In this document: positions 37,527-45,209 of the stretch, in pieces | How the letters are laid out: every line of letters starts with the position of its first letter | How positions within the stretch are numbered: position 1 is the stretch's first letter | Origin: an uncultured Chryseobacterium sp. | GTDB lineage: Bacteria > Bacteroidota > Bacteroidia > Flavobacteriales > Weeksellaceae | Assembly: GCA_964468335.1 (NCBI GenBank) | Contig: CAYXUO010000001.1 | Coordinates: 1 to 45,209, forward strand | DNA: 45,209 nucleotides | Direction: 5' to 3' | Notes under the pieces: model-generated | The model's database searches: none | The model's input: the letters and a program-made list of their open reading frames with translations, nothing else | Told to the model about the DNA's origin: nothing | Program-made: the position numbers and the translations under genes

Positions 37527-39647
37527 TTAAATCATTTCAGAGATAATGTTCACAGCTTCCTGCAGGTATACATCTTTTGAAAGCAGTTTTTTCCAATTAT
37601 CGGTCTTCTTTTTAAAGACTTCATCGGTCTTCTCCCGCTGTACTTCCTGTGGGTAAATGGAGAACACCAGGCCGTTATTGAATTTGTCCAGTTTTTCAAA
37701 CTTCTTGATCTCAGCCTTACGCTGTTTCATCAGTTCAAAGAACTTGGTCTGATTTACCGTTATGCTTTGCTCTTTGCCCATATTTTCTTTCCACTGTGCC
37801 GATTCCAGCAGGAGCTGGTAATTGGGGTTAGCGCTCATCCGCTCAGCACTGTTTTGCTTCATCTTTGGAATATTGATCCCGTTTACTTTGTCAAAGGCAA
37901 CATTTGGGATTTTATCCCACGCAAGCGCAAAATCATCATACCGCTCCCCAATTTCAGAAAAGGTAAAGAAATCCTTCATTTCAATATCCGATTCAATGCC
38001 CTTCTTCTGGGTGGATTCGCCGGTAATCCTATAAAACTTCTGGATGGTTAACTTAAGTGATCCAAAATCATCATTCGTATTCAGGAAGCGGTTCAGATCT
38101 ACAAAAGTCTGCACCGTACCCTTACCAAATGACTGTGGCGAACCTATTACAACTGCTCTTCCGTAATCCTGCATGGCACCTGCTAAAATTTCCGAGGCTG
38201 AGGCTGAAAGTTCATTCTGCATAATAGCCAGCGGTCCGGTCCAGATTGGACTGTTCGTTTTATTTCTGAGCGTCTGTATCTTTCCCTGTCCGTCTTTTAC
38301 CTGAACATAAGGTCCCGCGTTCATAAAAAGTCCCATAATGTCTCCAACTTCGGTAAGGGAACCGCCACCGTTATTTCTAAGATCCAGAATGATTCCCTGA
38401 ACGTTCTGTGCCTTCAGCTTAATGATTTCATTCTTAATGTCGTCGGAAGCGTTTCTGCCGTCTTCTTTATCAAACTCGGCATTGAATCCCGGAAGATTTA
38501 TAAATCCGAATTTCTTGCCGTCTTTTGAATTAATGATGATGCTTCTGGCATACGTATCCTCCATCGCAACTTCCTCACGGATCATCGTTACTTCCTGAAC
38601 AGTCTTATCTTTCTTTTCTACGGTTAAGGTGACCGCTGTACCTTCTTTGCCGCGAATAAGTCTTACCGCTTCATCAGACAGCATACCTACTACATTTACA
38701 GCCTCCTTATTTGGAAGGGATCTCACTTTCAGGATCTTGTCGCCTTCAGACAGCTGCTTGGATTTCCAGGCGGGAGCACCTATGGTCAATGCTCCCAGGA
38801 ACAGGTTGCCTTTCCTTTCCTGAATGATCGCTCCGATACCGATGACCTTACCGGTGAAGTTCACGTCGAAATCCTCTTTATCCCTTGGTGAAAAATAGTT
38901 GGTGTGCGGATCGAAAACCTCAGAATAGGAATTCATGTAAACGGTAAACCAGTCCATTTTCTTTCTTTTTTTGAACCTGGTAAATGTTTCACCCATTAAA
39001 TCCTTTACCTCACCAGTTGCTTTGGTAAGTTTTTGCTCAGGAGTCAGGATTTCCAGTTTTATTGTGTCCTTCAAACCAAATTTCTGTACACTGTCTTTTT
39101 TCTTTCGCTGGCTCTCTTCCCTGCTGTTCAGGGTTTCCATTTCCTGCAGGATATTGTACTTAATGAATTTCTTCCATTCATTGTATTGCTCTTCTCTGTT
39201 GGCCGGTGCTTTTTTTATTTTATGTTCCAGTACAAGTACTTCATCCTCATTGAGGTTGATGGGCTTGCTGAATATTTCCTGGCTGATCTTGTCGATTTCA
39301 TCAACACGCTGATAAAGCCTGTCCACGGTAAGCTTGTAAAAGGTCAAGTCACCGCGGTTCAGATAATCATCAAGTTTTGTACGGTGTTTGCTGAATTCGG
39401 CCATATCGGACTGAAGAAAATATCTTTTGCCGAAATCCACCATTTCGAAATACCTGTCGTAAACCTCCTGGGAATAGGCATCGTTTATGGGCTTCGGGCT
39501 GTAATGCAGGTAAGAAAGCGTGTTCTTCACGCTCACCATGATCGTCTGCATCTTTTCGTCGTCGTTCTGCGCTGCATTGAAACAGAACATCAGACTCATT
39601 AACGGAACAAATAAAAGTAATTTATTTAGTTTAGATTTTTTAAACAT
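37527..39647 (-). CDS. prc: Carboxy-terminal processing protease (S41A, Prc/Tsp)
   Basis: DPHTNY, PDZ GIGA, DLRNNGGGSL, SASASEI and GKGTVQ. TAAATTTG -7 box at 39713-39720. Confidence 0.93.
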   Translation of the reverse strand: MFKKSKLNKLLLFVPLMSLMFCFNAAQNDDEKMQTIMVSVKNTLSYLHYSPKPINDAYSQEVYDRYFEMVDFGKRYFLQSDMAEFSKHRTKLDDYLNRGDLTFYKLTVDRLYQRVDEIDKISQEIFSKPINLNEDEVLVLEHKIKKAPANREEQYNEWKKFIKYNILQEMETLNSREESQRKKKDSVQKFGLKDTIKLEILTPEQKLTKATGEVKDLMGETFTRFKKRKKMDWFTVYMNSYSEVFDPHTNYFSPRDKEDFDVNFTGKVIGIGAIIQERKGNLFLGALTIGAPAWKSKQLSEGDKILKVRSLPNKEAVNVVGMLSDEAVRLIRGKEGTAVTLTVEKKDKTVQEVTMIREEVAMEDTYARSIIINSKDGKKFGFINLPGFNAEFDKEDGRNASDDIKNEIIKLKAQNVQGIILDLRNNGGGSLTEVGDIMGLFMNAGPYVQVKDGQGKIQTLRNKTNSPIWTGPLAIMQNELSASASEILAGAMQDYGRAVVIGSPQSFGKGTVQTFVDLNRFLNTNDDFGSLKLTIQKFYRITGESTQKKGIESDIEMKDFFTFSEIGERYDDFALAWDKIPNVAFDKVNGINIPKMKQNSAERMSANPNYQLLLESAQWKENMGKEQSITVNQTKFFELMKQRKAEIKKFEKLDKFNNGLVFSIYPQEVQREKTDEVFKKKTDNWKKLLSKDVYLQEAVNIISEMI

Positions 39648-39779
39648 ATTGTAAACTTATGCTGTAATTAGTAAATATATAACTGTGGATGTTACACAGC
39701 GGATCAGAACTTCAAATTTAATACCTAATTGCAAGATAACAGGGTTTTTTAATTAATTTTGTTAAAAATAGACAGGAAT

Positions 39780-40562
39780 ATGCAGAGACCTCAGATACTA
39801 GTCACCAATGATGATGGCATCACCGCTCCGGGCGTTCGGAAGCTGGTTGAATTTATGAACGAAATAGGCGATGTGACTGTGGTTGCGCCCAACTCTCCAC
39901 AAAGTGGCAAAGGTCACGCTATTACAATTAATTCTACCCTTACATTTGAGGAAATACAGCTTGAAGGGCCGCAGAAGGACTATTCGTTAAGCGGTACGCC
40001 TGTCGACTGCGTAAAATTTGCGCTGGACAAGATTCTTACGCGCCGTCCGGACATCGTGGTTTCCGGAATTAACCATGGAGCCAATTCGTCAATAAATGTA
40101 ATCTATTCCGGAACTATGTCTGCGGCTGTAGAAGCTGGTGTGGAAGGTTTACAGGCAATTGGATTTTCACTTCTGGATTTCAGTTGGGATGCGGACTTCA
40201 GTCAGGCGAAGGAATTTATTCAGCAAATCGTACTAAAGACATTAGAGAACCCAATGCCCAAAGGGGTGGTTCTGAATGTGAATATTCCTAAACTTGAAAA
40301 GGACAGGATTAAAGGTATTCGTGTATGTAGGCAGGCAGTAGCTAAATGGGAGGAAAATTTTGACGAAAGGATTAATCCGCACGGCAAAAAGTACTACTGG
40401 CTCACCGGCTATTTCAACAATATGGACCCGGGCGAAGATGCAGATGAGAACGCTTTAGCGGAGGGCTATATTTCAGTGGTGCCCGTGAAGTTCGACCTTA
40501 CTGCTCACGAACACATGATAGGTCTTGGCCAGATATTGAATACAGAGGCTAGCGGATCTTAG
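39780..40562 (+). CDS. surE: 5'/3'-nucleotidase SurE
   Basis: VTNDDGI, GTPVDCV, SGINHG and YSGT. Start ATG 39780 lies downstream of TAATTTTG (39754-39761). Confidence 0.96.
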   Translation: MQRPQILVTNDDGITAPGVRKLVEFMNEIGDVTVVAPNSPQSGKGHAITINSTLTFEEIQLEGPQKDYSLSGTPVDCVKFALDKILTRRPDIVVSGINHGANSSINVIYSGTMSAAVEAGVEGLQAIGFSLLDFSWDADFSQAKEFIQQIVLKTLENPMPKGVVLNVNIPKLEKDRIKGIRVCRQAVAKWEENFDERINPHGKKYYWLTGYFNNMDPGEDADENALAEGYISVVPVKFDLTAHEHMIGLGQILNTEASGS

Positions 40563-41190
40563 ATTTAATCCTTACAAACTGAACGTCATACGGTACCGTA
40601 AGTGCCAGGTGGATGAGTACCGCAGGAAGTGGTGATTCGAACCAAATAGCCATCGCGCAAAGTAATATACCAAAGGGAATGCAGGACAGCATCTCCCTTT
40701 TTCCGTTTACAGCATGCAGCAGAACGTACAACAATACATTCACTGCAACGGCCGGAAGAGTGCCGAAGCGTTCAATACAGAAGAACAGGAAAAAGCCTCT
40801 GAACCAGATCTCATAGGCCGCGATAAAAGCTATCCGTACAGTGAAATACAGGCTCAGGAATCCGCTTTTCAATATTGCCGGATTAACGTTCACAACATTT
40901 TTCCTTAGGTCCTTATCAGCAATATAATATGCAAAACCAGCGGTGAGGAGAATCAATCCTGCAAGAGAAGACCAGTGTAACGAACTTAACCCAGTAGGAA
41001 CAAAGTCCGGCAAAGGATAAAAGAATAAGGGCAGCAGTCCGAATGCAAAAGCGCCTGTCACATTCAGCAATATCAGGAGTGCAGGACTCTTTACGTCAGA
41101 ATCAGCATTGAGCAGGCGGAGTGAGTTTTTCCTGTAAGCAATCAGAAGGATAGCGGTGAAGAGGGTAATGGTGAGTACAAACGGTGCCAT
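40549..41190 (-). CDS. CPBP (Abi/CAAX-type) intramembrane metalloprotease-like protein
   Basis: Multi-TM protein with YEIWFRG, YVLLH and LIH motifs. Start ATG 41190 is supported by the promoter at 41206-41236. Confidence 0.75.
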   Translation of the reverse strand: MAPFVLTITLFTAILLIAYRKNSLRLLNADSDVKSPALLILLNVTGAFAFGLLPLFFYPLPDFVPTGLSSLHWSSLAGLILLTAGFAYYIADKDLRKNVVNVNPAILKSGFLSLYFTVRIAFIAAYEIWFRGFFLFFCIERFGTLPAVAVNVLLYVLLHAVNGKREMLSCIPFGILLCAMAIWFESPLPAVLIHLALTVPYDVQFVRIKSKIR

Positions 41191-41205
41191 AAGTTCAGGT
41201 TTTGG

Positions 41206-41236
41206 CAAATATAAACTGATTCCGCCTTACTTTCAA
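41206..41236 (-). promoter_or_regulatory. Sigma-A promoter of the CPBP gene
   Basis: Minus-strand TTG (41234-41236), a 20-bp spacer and TATATTTG (41206-41213). Confidence 0.65.
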
Positions 41237-41308
41237 GTGGATTGGGGCCACAAAAGATCAACGCTAAAATAAAATTTCATAACTTCACTCTACTAAAATA
41301 AAGCACTC

Positions 41309-42961
41309 ATGTCCAAGAATTTAAGTGCGCTTTCCGGCAGAAATGGATTGCAGAAAAATCTGTTTGAGCAAATGGGAGATGCTTCCGTAAACGGTGCCGG
41401 CACTCCCACTAGGGAACATCTTGCGCAGTTGGCAGATGAGTTTCTTATTGGTGACGCAAATACCTACGGAAGCATCACAGCCTATGATTTTATGAAACCG
41501 GAAAACAGGGGTAAGGAAATTTACATCTGCAACGGCTCTGCCTGTTTATGTGCCGGCACTCAGGATAATGTGCAGAAAAAGGTGATGCAGTATTTTGATG
41601 CCTCAGCCGTTGGCCATATGACGTGCCTGGGCCGCTGCCATGAGAATTCATCTTTCAATTATAACGGTAAAAACTACTCCGGCAATAGTATTGATCATTT
41701 GGAAGACTTGCTGAAAACCAGAGAAGGCGCTCAGAATGGTCATTATTCTGTTACTGCGGCGCAACCTATGCTCACGGAGACCTTTAACAATATTCAGGAA
41801 TTTAAGTTCTTGCTTCAACAGGCTCTCAAGAGACCTTCAGAAGATCTCCTTCAGGAGATAAAAATCTCCCGAATTCGCGGTCGGGGTGGCGCTGGTTTTC
41901 CTATGGGTATAAAATGGGAAGGCTGCCGGAATGAAATCTCCGATGATAAATTCATTATTTGTAATGCCGATGAAGGTGACCCGGGCGCATTTTCCGACCG
42001 GTATCTCTTGGAGGAAAGGCCCTTATCAGTGCTTTTCGGTATGCTGGTGGCCGGCCTCTGTACAGGTGCCAACTGGGGGGTCCTCTTTATCCGCGCTGAA
42101 TATCCCGAAGCGGTACATATTATTGAGGAGAAAATCCGCGAGCTTTACGCTAACAGTCTCGTTGGCGATAATATTCTAAATTCGGGATTCAACTTTAATT
42201 TTAAAGTCATAAAAGCGCAGGGTGCCTACATTTGTGGCGAAGAAACAGCACTGATAAATGCCATTGAAGGTCAGCGGCCCGAAGTGCGCACAAGGCCTCC
42301 CTTCCCAACTCAGCAGGGCCTTTTCCTTAAACCAACGGTGGTGAATAATGTGGAAACTCTGGCTGCGGCTACCTGGATAATCCGGAACGGGGGAGCAGCA
42401 TATGCCGCATTGGGGACCGAAGAATCCCGTGGAACCAAATTGGTATCACTGGATGGTATCTTCAATAAGCCCGGGATTGTAGAAGTGGAAATGGGCACTG
42501 GGTTTGAAAAAGTCATTTATGAATACGGTGGCGGCTTCCGCAAACCGGTGAAAGCACTACATATTGGCGGACCTTTGGGCGGAATCGTTCCGGTAGACAA
42601 GATTGCGGCACTTTCAGTAGATTTTGAATCTTTTGCGGCAGAAGGTTTTCTCCTGGGGCATGCATCGGTTGTATGTATTCCTTCCGATTTCCCCATGATA
42701 AAATATCTGGAACATCTTTTTGAATTCGCCTCTTTTGAAAGCTGTGGGAAATGCTTCCCCTGCCGTTTGGGAACCAAACGTGCGCATGAGATGCTGCATG
42801 CGGCGGCACATGACATGAAGATGGTGAACAGGGAGCTTTTTATGGATTTGCTCAGCACTTTACAGCAGGGATCACTGTGTGCCCATGGTGGCGGTATCCC
42901 ACTTCCGGCCCGGAATGCACTTATGTATTTTGCTGATGAACTTAACCTGCATTTCAATTAA
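41309..42961 (+). CDS. NAD-linked formate dehydrogenase beta (diaphorase) subunit, NuoE-NuoF fusion
   Basis: N-terminal thioredoxin-like [2Fe-2S] motif (CNGSAC...CLGRC), RGRGGAGFP, CNADEGDPG, GAYICGEETAL, NNVET and C-terminal [4Fe-4S] motif ESCGKCFPCR...SLC. Confidence 0.9.
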   Translation: MSKNLSALSGRNGLQKNLFEQMGDASVNGAGTPTREHLAQLADEFLIGDANTYGSITAYDFMKPENRGKEIYICNGSACLCAGTQDNVQKKVMQYFDASAVGHMTCLGRCHENSSFNYNGKNYSGNSIDHLEDLLKTREGAQNGHYSVTAAQPMLTETFNNIQEFKFLLQQALKRPSEDLLQEIKISRIRGRGGAGFPMGIKWEGCRNEISDDKFIICNADEGDPGAFSDRYLLEERPLSVLFGMLVAGLCTGANWGVLFIRAEYPEAVHIIEEKIRELYANSLVGDNILNSGFNFNFKVIKAQGAYICGEETALINAIEGQRPEVRTRPPFPTQQGLFLKPTVVNNVETLAAATWIIRNGGAAYAALGTEESRGTKLVSLDGIFNKPGIVEVEMGTGFEKVIYEYGGGFRKPVKALHIGGPLGGIVPVDKIAALSVDFESFAAEGFLLGHASVVCIPSDFPMIKYLEHLFEFASFESCGKCFPCRLGTKRAHEMLHAAAHDMKMVNRELFMDLLSTLQQGSLCAHGGGIPLPARNALMYFADELNLHFN

Positions 42962-42973
42962 TACCCTCATGTG

Positions 42974-45209
42974 ATGGACAATATTGCCTACATTAACAAC
43001 CGGCCTTTTGAATTTTTACCGGGCGAAACCATGCTTTCCTTCATCCGCAGGAATAATGGTCCGCAGTCTGTTCCGACTCTTTGTGATGCGCCCAATCTGG
43101 AACCCTTTGGCTCCTGCAGGGTGTGCTGTGTTGATGTAGCACTGGAACAGGACGGTAAAACAAGGGCAATGGCCTCCTGTCATTCACCAATAGCCAGCAA
43201 TCTCTATATTTATCCGGACTCGCCGAATATCGTTAACCTTCGGAAAAATATCCTGGAGCTGGTGCTCTCGGATTTGCCGGAAGAAAAGAGGTTTGTACCA
43301 GGTGAACAACCTTCCGAATTTGACCTGGTAGTTCGCAAAAGTGGCTTACAGGAGGTTAGATATGAAACACCAGGCAAAAGACATTTCCTCCCGGATACCA
43401 GTCATCCCTATATGCGGTCTGACCTTAATATGTGTATCAACTGTTTTCGGTGCATCCGGGCGTGTGATGAGGTTCAGGGCCAGATGGTACTCAATATGGC
43501 CGGCCGGGGTTATGATGCACACATCATCAAAGGGATGGACGTAAGTTTTATGGAATCAGACTGCGTTAGCTGTGGCGCCTGCTCACAAACCTGTCCTACA
43601 GATGCCATTACGGACATTTTCCAGATGTCCGAAACTGTTCCTGAAAAGGTGACAAGAACAGTATGTACCTACTGCGGGGTGGGTTGTAATCTGAATGTAG
43701 CAAGCCGGGGTGATGAGATTATTTCCATAACGAGTCCTTATGATGCAGAAGCCAATTTGGGTCACACCTGTTTGAAAGGCCGGTACGCATTTAAATTCTA
43801 CAACCATCCTGACCGGCTTCGGAGCCCCATGATTAAAAGAAACGGTCAGTTCGAGGAGGTTAGCTGGGATGAAGCCTATTCATTCATAGTTGAAAACTTT
43901 AAAAAGATACTGGCCCACGACGGACCGGACGCCATTGCAGGAATATCATCCGCTCGGACTCCCAACGAGGAGAACTATCTGATGCAGAAATTCATGCGTG
44001 CCGTAATTGGTACCAACAATATAGACTGTTGTGCGAGGGTCTGCCATTCGCCAACAGCATTGGGGATGCAGCGCGCCTTTGGTACCGGCGCTGCCACCAA
44101 TTCAATTGAAGATTTGGCTTACACGGACTGTATCCTGGTGATTGGAGCGAATCCAACAGTAGCGCATCCCGTTACAGGTGCCAGGATTAAGCAGAGGATG
44201 ATGAAGGGAGTAACTGGCATCGTGATCGATCCCAGGAAAATCGAGTTGGCCAAATTCGCAAAATATCACCTTCAGCTCAGGCCGGGAACAAACGTCGCGC
44301 TGCTCAATATGATGCTGTATTATATTATCAGTGAGGGATTGGCAGACAGGGAATTCATCCGCAACCGTACGGAAGGCTATGAGGAAATGAAAGCCGAAGT
44401 TCTGAAGCTGGATATCGATGAACTGGAGCGCATTACGGGCGTTGATAAACATCTGGTTCGTGAAGCCTCAATCGCTTACGCTACGGCCAGGGCCGCCATG
44501 GAGTTTCATGGTTTGGGTGTTACCGAACAGATGCAGGGCACTTTCACGGTACAGCTTATCGCTGATCTTGCGATGATAACCGGCAATATTGGAAAAAAGG
44601 GTTCCGGAGTAAATCCTCTACGCGGACAGAATAATGTTCAGGGAGCTGCAGATATGGGCTGTCAGCCTCATCAGGGTGCAGGATATCTGGATGTAACCGA
44701 TCCCGAAATTAATGAAAGATACAATCTTTTTTACGGGCGTGAAATACCTGCACATACTGGCTACAAGATTCCCGAAATGTTTGATGCAGCTATTGCAGGA
44801 AAATTAAAGGCACTTTGGCTCATCGGCGAAGATGTAGTGCAGACGGACCCCAACACGCAGAAGGTGATGAAAGCGCTGGACAGTCTGGACATGCTCATAG
44901 TTCAGGAACTGTTCATGACAGAGACCGCCCGCCATGCTACAGTAATTCTGCCCGGAACCTCATTTCTGGAAAAAGAAGGTACCTTCACAAATGGCGAGCG
45001 CCGAATCCAGCGCGTGCAAAAGGTCGTACAGCCATTGAAAGGAACAAAACCTGATGGCCAGATCATTGTGGATATGATGAACCTGATGGGTTACCCTCAG
45101 CCGGATTATTCCGCTGACGGAATGCTGCAGGAGATATCGCAGATCGTCCCTTTCTTTGCCGGCGTAAAATGGACCGAACTGGGAAACAGCGGTAAGCAAT
45201 GGCCTGTTG
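42974..45209 (+). CDS. fdhF: Mo/W-bis-PGD formate dehydrogenase alpha subunit (3' end outside window)
   Basis: Not in ORF track. Hand translation from ATG 42974 (in-frame GTG at 42971) gives [2Fe-2S] PTLC..GSCRVC..ASC, 2x[4Fe-4S] CINCFRCIRAC and CVSCGACSQTC, proximal CTYCGVGC...CLKG, active site NNIDCCARVCH (Cys codon TGC 44042), PLRGQNNVQG and EKEGTFTNGERRIQ. The frame is open to the window end. Confidence 0.93.
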   Translation, partial: MDNIAYINNRPFEFLPGETMLSFIRRNNGPQSVPTLCDAPNLEPFGSCRVCCVDVALEQDGKTRAMASCHSPIASNLYIYPDSPNIVNLRKNILELVLSDLPEEKRFVPGEQPSEFDLVVRKSGLQEVRYETPGKRHFLPDTSHPYMRSDLNMCINCFRCIRACDEVQGQMVLNMAGRGYDAHIIKGMDVSFMESDCVSCGACSQTCPTDAITDIFQMSETVPEKVTRTVCTYCGVGCNLNVASRGDEIISITSPYDAEANLGHTCLKGRYAFKFYNHPDRLRSPMIKRNGQFEEVSWDEAYSFIVENFKKILAHDGPDAIAGISSARTPNEENYLMQKFMRAVIGTNNIDCCARVCHSPTALGMQRAFGTGAATNSIEDLAYTDCILVIGANPTVAHPVTGARIKQRMMKGVTGIVIDPRKIELAKFAKYHLQLRPGTNVALLNMMLYYIISEGLADREFIRNRTEGYEEMKAEVLKLDIDELERITGVDKHLVREASIAYATARAAMEFHGLGVTEQMQGTFTVQLIADLAMITGNIGKKGSGVNPLRGQNNVQGAADMGCQPHQGAGYLDVTDPEINERYNLFYGREIPAHTGYKIPEMFDAAIAGKLKALWLIGEDVVQTDPNTQKVMKALDSLDMLIVQELFMTETARHATVILPGTSFLEKEGTFTNGERRIQRVQKVVQPLKGTKPDGQIIVDMMNLMGYPQPDYSADGMLQEISQIVPFFAGVKWTELGNSGKQWPV

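Noticed and set aside
40549-41190. Abortive-infection defence gene
   Set aside because: The 'Abi' label of the CPBP family does not imply anti-phage function, and there is no defence-island context.
41309-42961. Respiratory complex I nuoEF or a hydrogenase diaphorase
   Set aside because: No other nuo or hydrogenase genes are adjacent, and the partner gene has complete FDH catalytic motifs (CH, RGQNNVQG).
44030-44050. Selenocysteine read-through as the reason FDH alpha is missing from the ORF track
   Set aside because: The active-site codon is TGC (Cys). The gene is missing only because it has no stop inside the window.
1-45209. CRISPR arrays, IS elements, prophage, rRNA, riboswitches and RNase P RNA
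   Set aside because: No spaced repeats, transposase or phage ORFs, or recognisable RNA motifs were seen by eye. An Rfam/Infernal scan would be needed to exclude small RNAs formally.

Overview
A 45.2-kb chromosomal window from a Bacteroidota bacterium. Gene content, gene order and TAnnTTTG promoter boxes point to Weeksellaceae (Chryseobacterium/Kaistella-like). It is mostly core genome around the probable replication origin: a 584-bp rpiB-pgk gap with degenerate DnaA boxes, and two perfect parS palindromes flanking mnmG. Housekeeping genes include rnr, rpiB, pgk, mnmG, ybeY, murF-alr, tdk, rsmI, fabG, exbB-exbD-tonB, nth, bcp, manC, tolC-family, folC, tRNA-Val(UAC), sufE, clpC, mnmA, sodC, prc and surE. 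Two genes missing from the ORF track run off the window edges: an S66 LD-carboxypeptidase (<1..780, -) and a formate dehydrogenase alpha subunit (42974..>45209, +). The best leads are four. (1) A two-subunit NAD-linked Mo/W formate dehydrogenase with a fused NuoE-NuoF beta subunit and an alpha subunit lacking the His-Cys3 Fe-S motif, apparently accessory. (2) An orphan MurC paralog with a remodelled amino-acid pocket. (3) An acidic, likely disordered hub-like protein. (4) A cysteine-free endonuclease III sharing face-to-face promoters with bcp. No transposase, integrase, phage gene, CRISPR array or defence system was seen. All calls are by-eye motif recognition; no searches were run.
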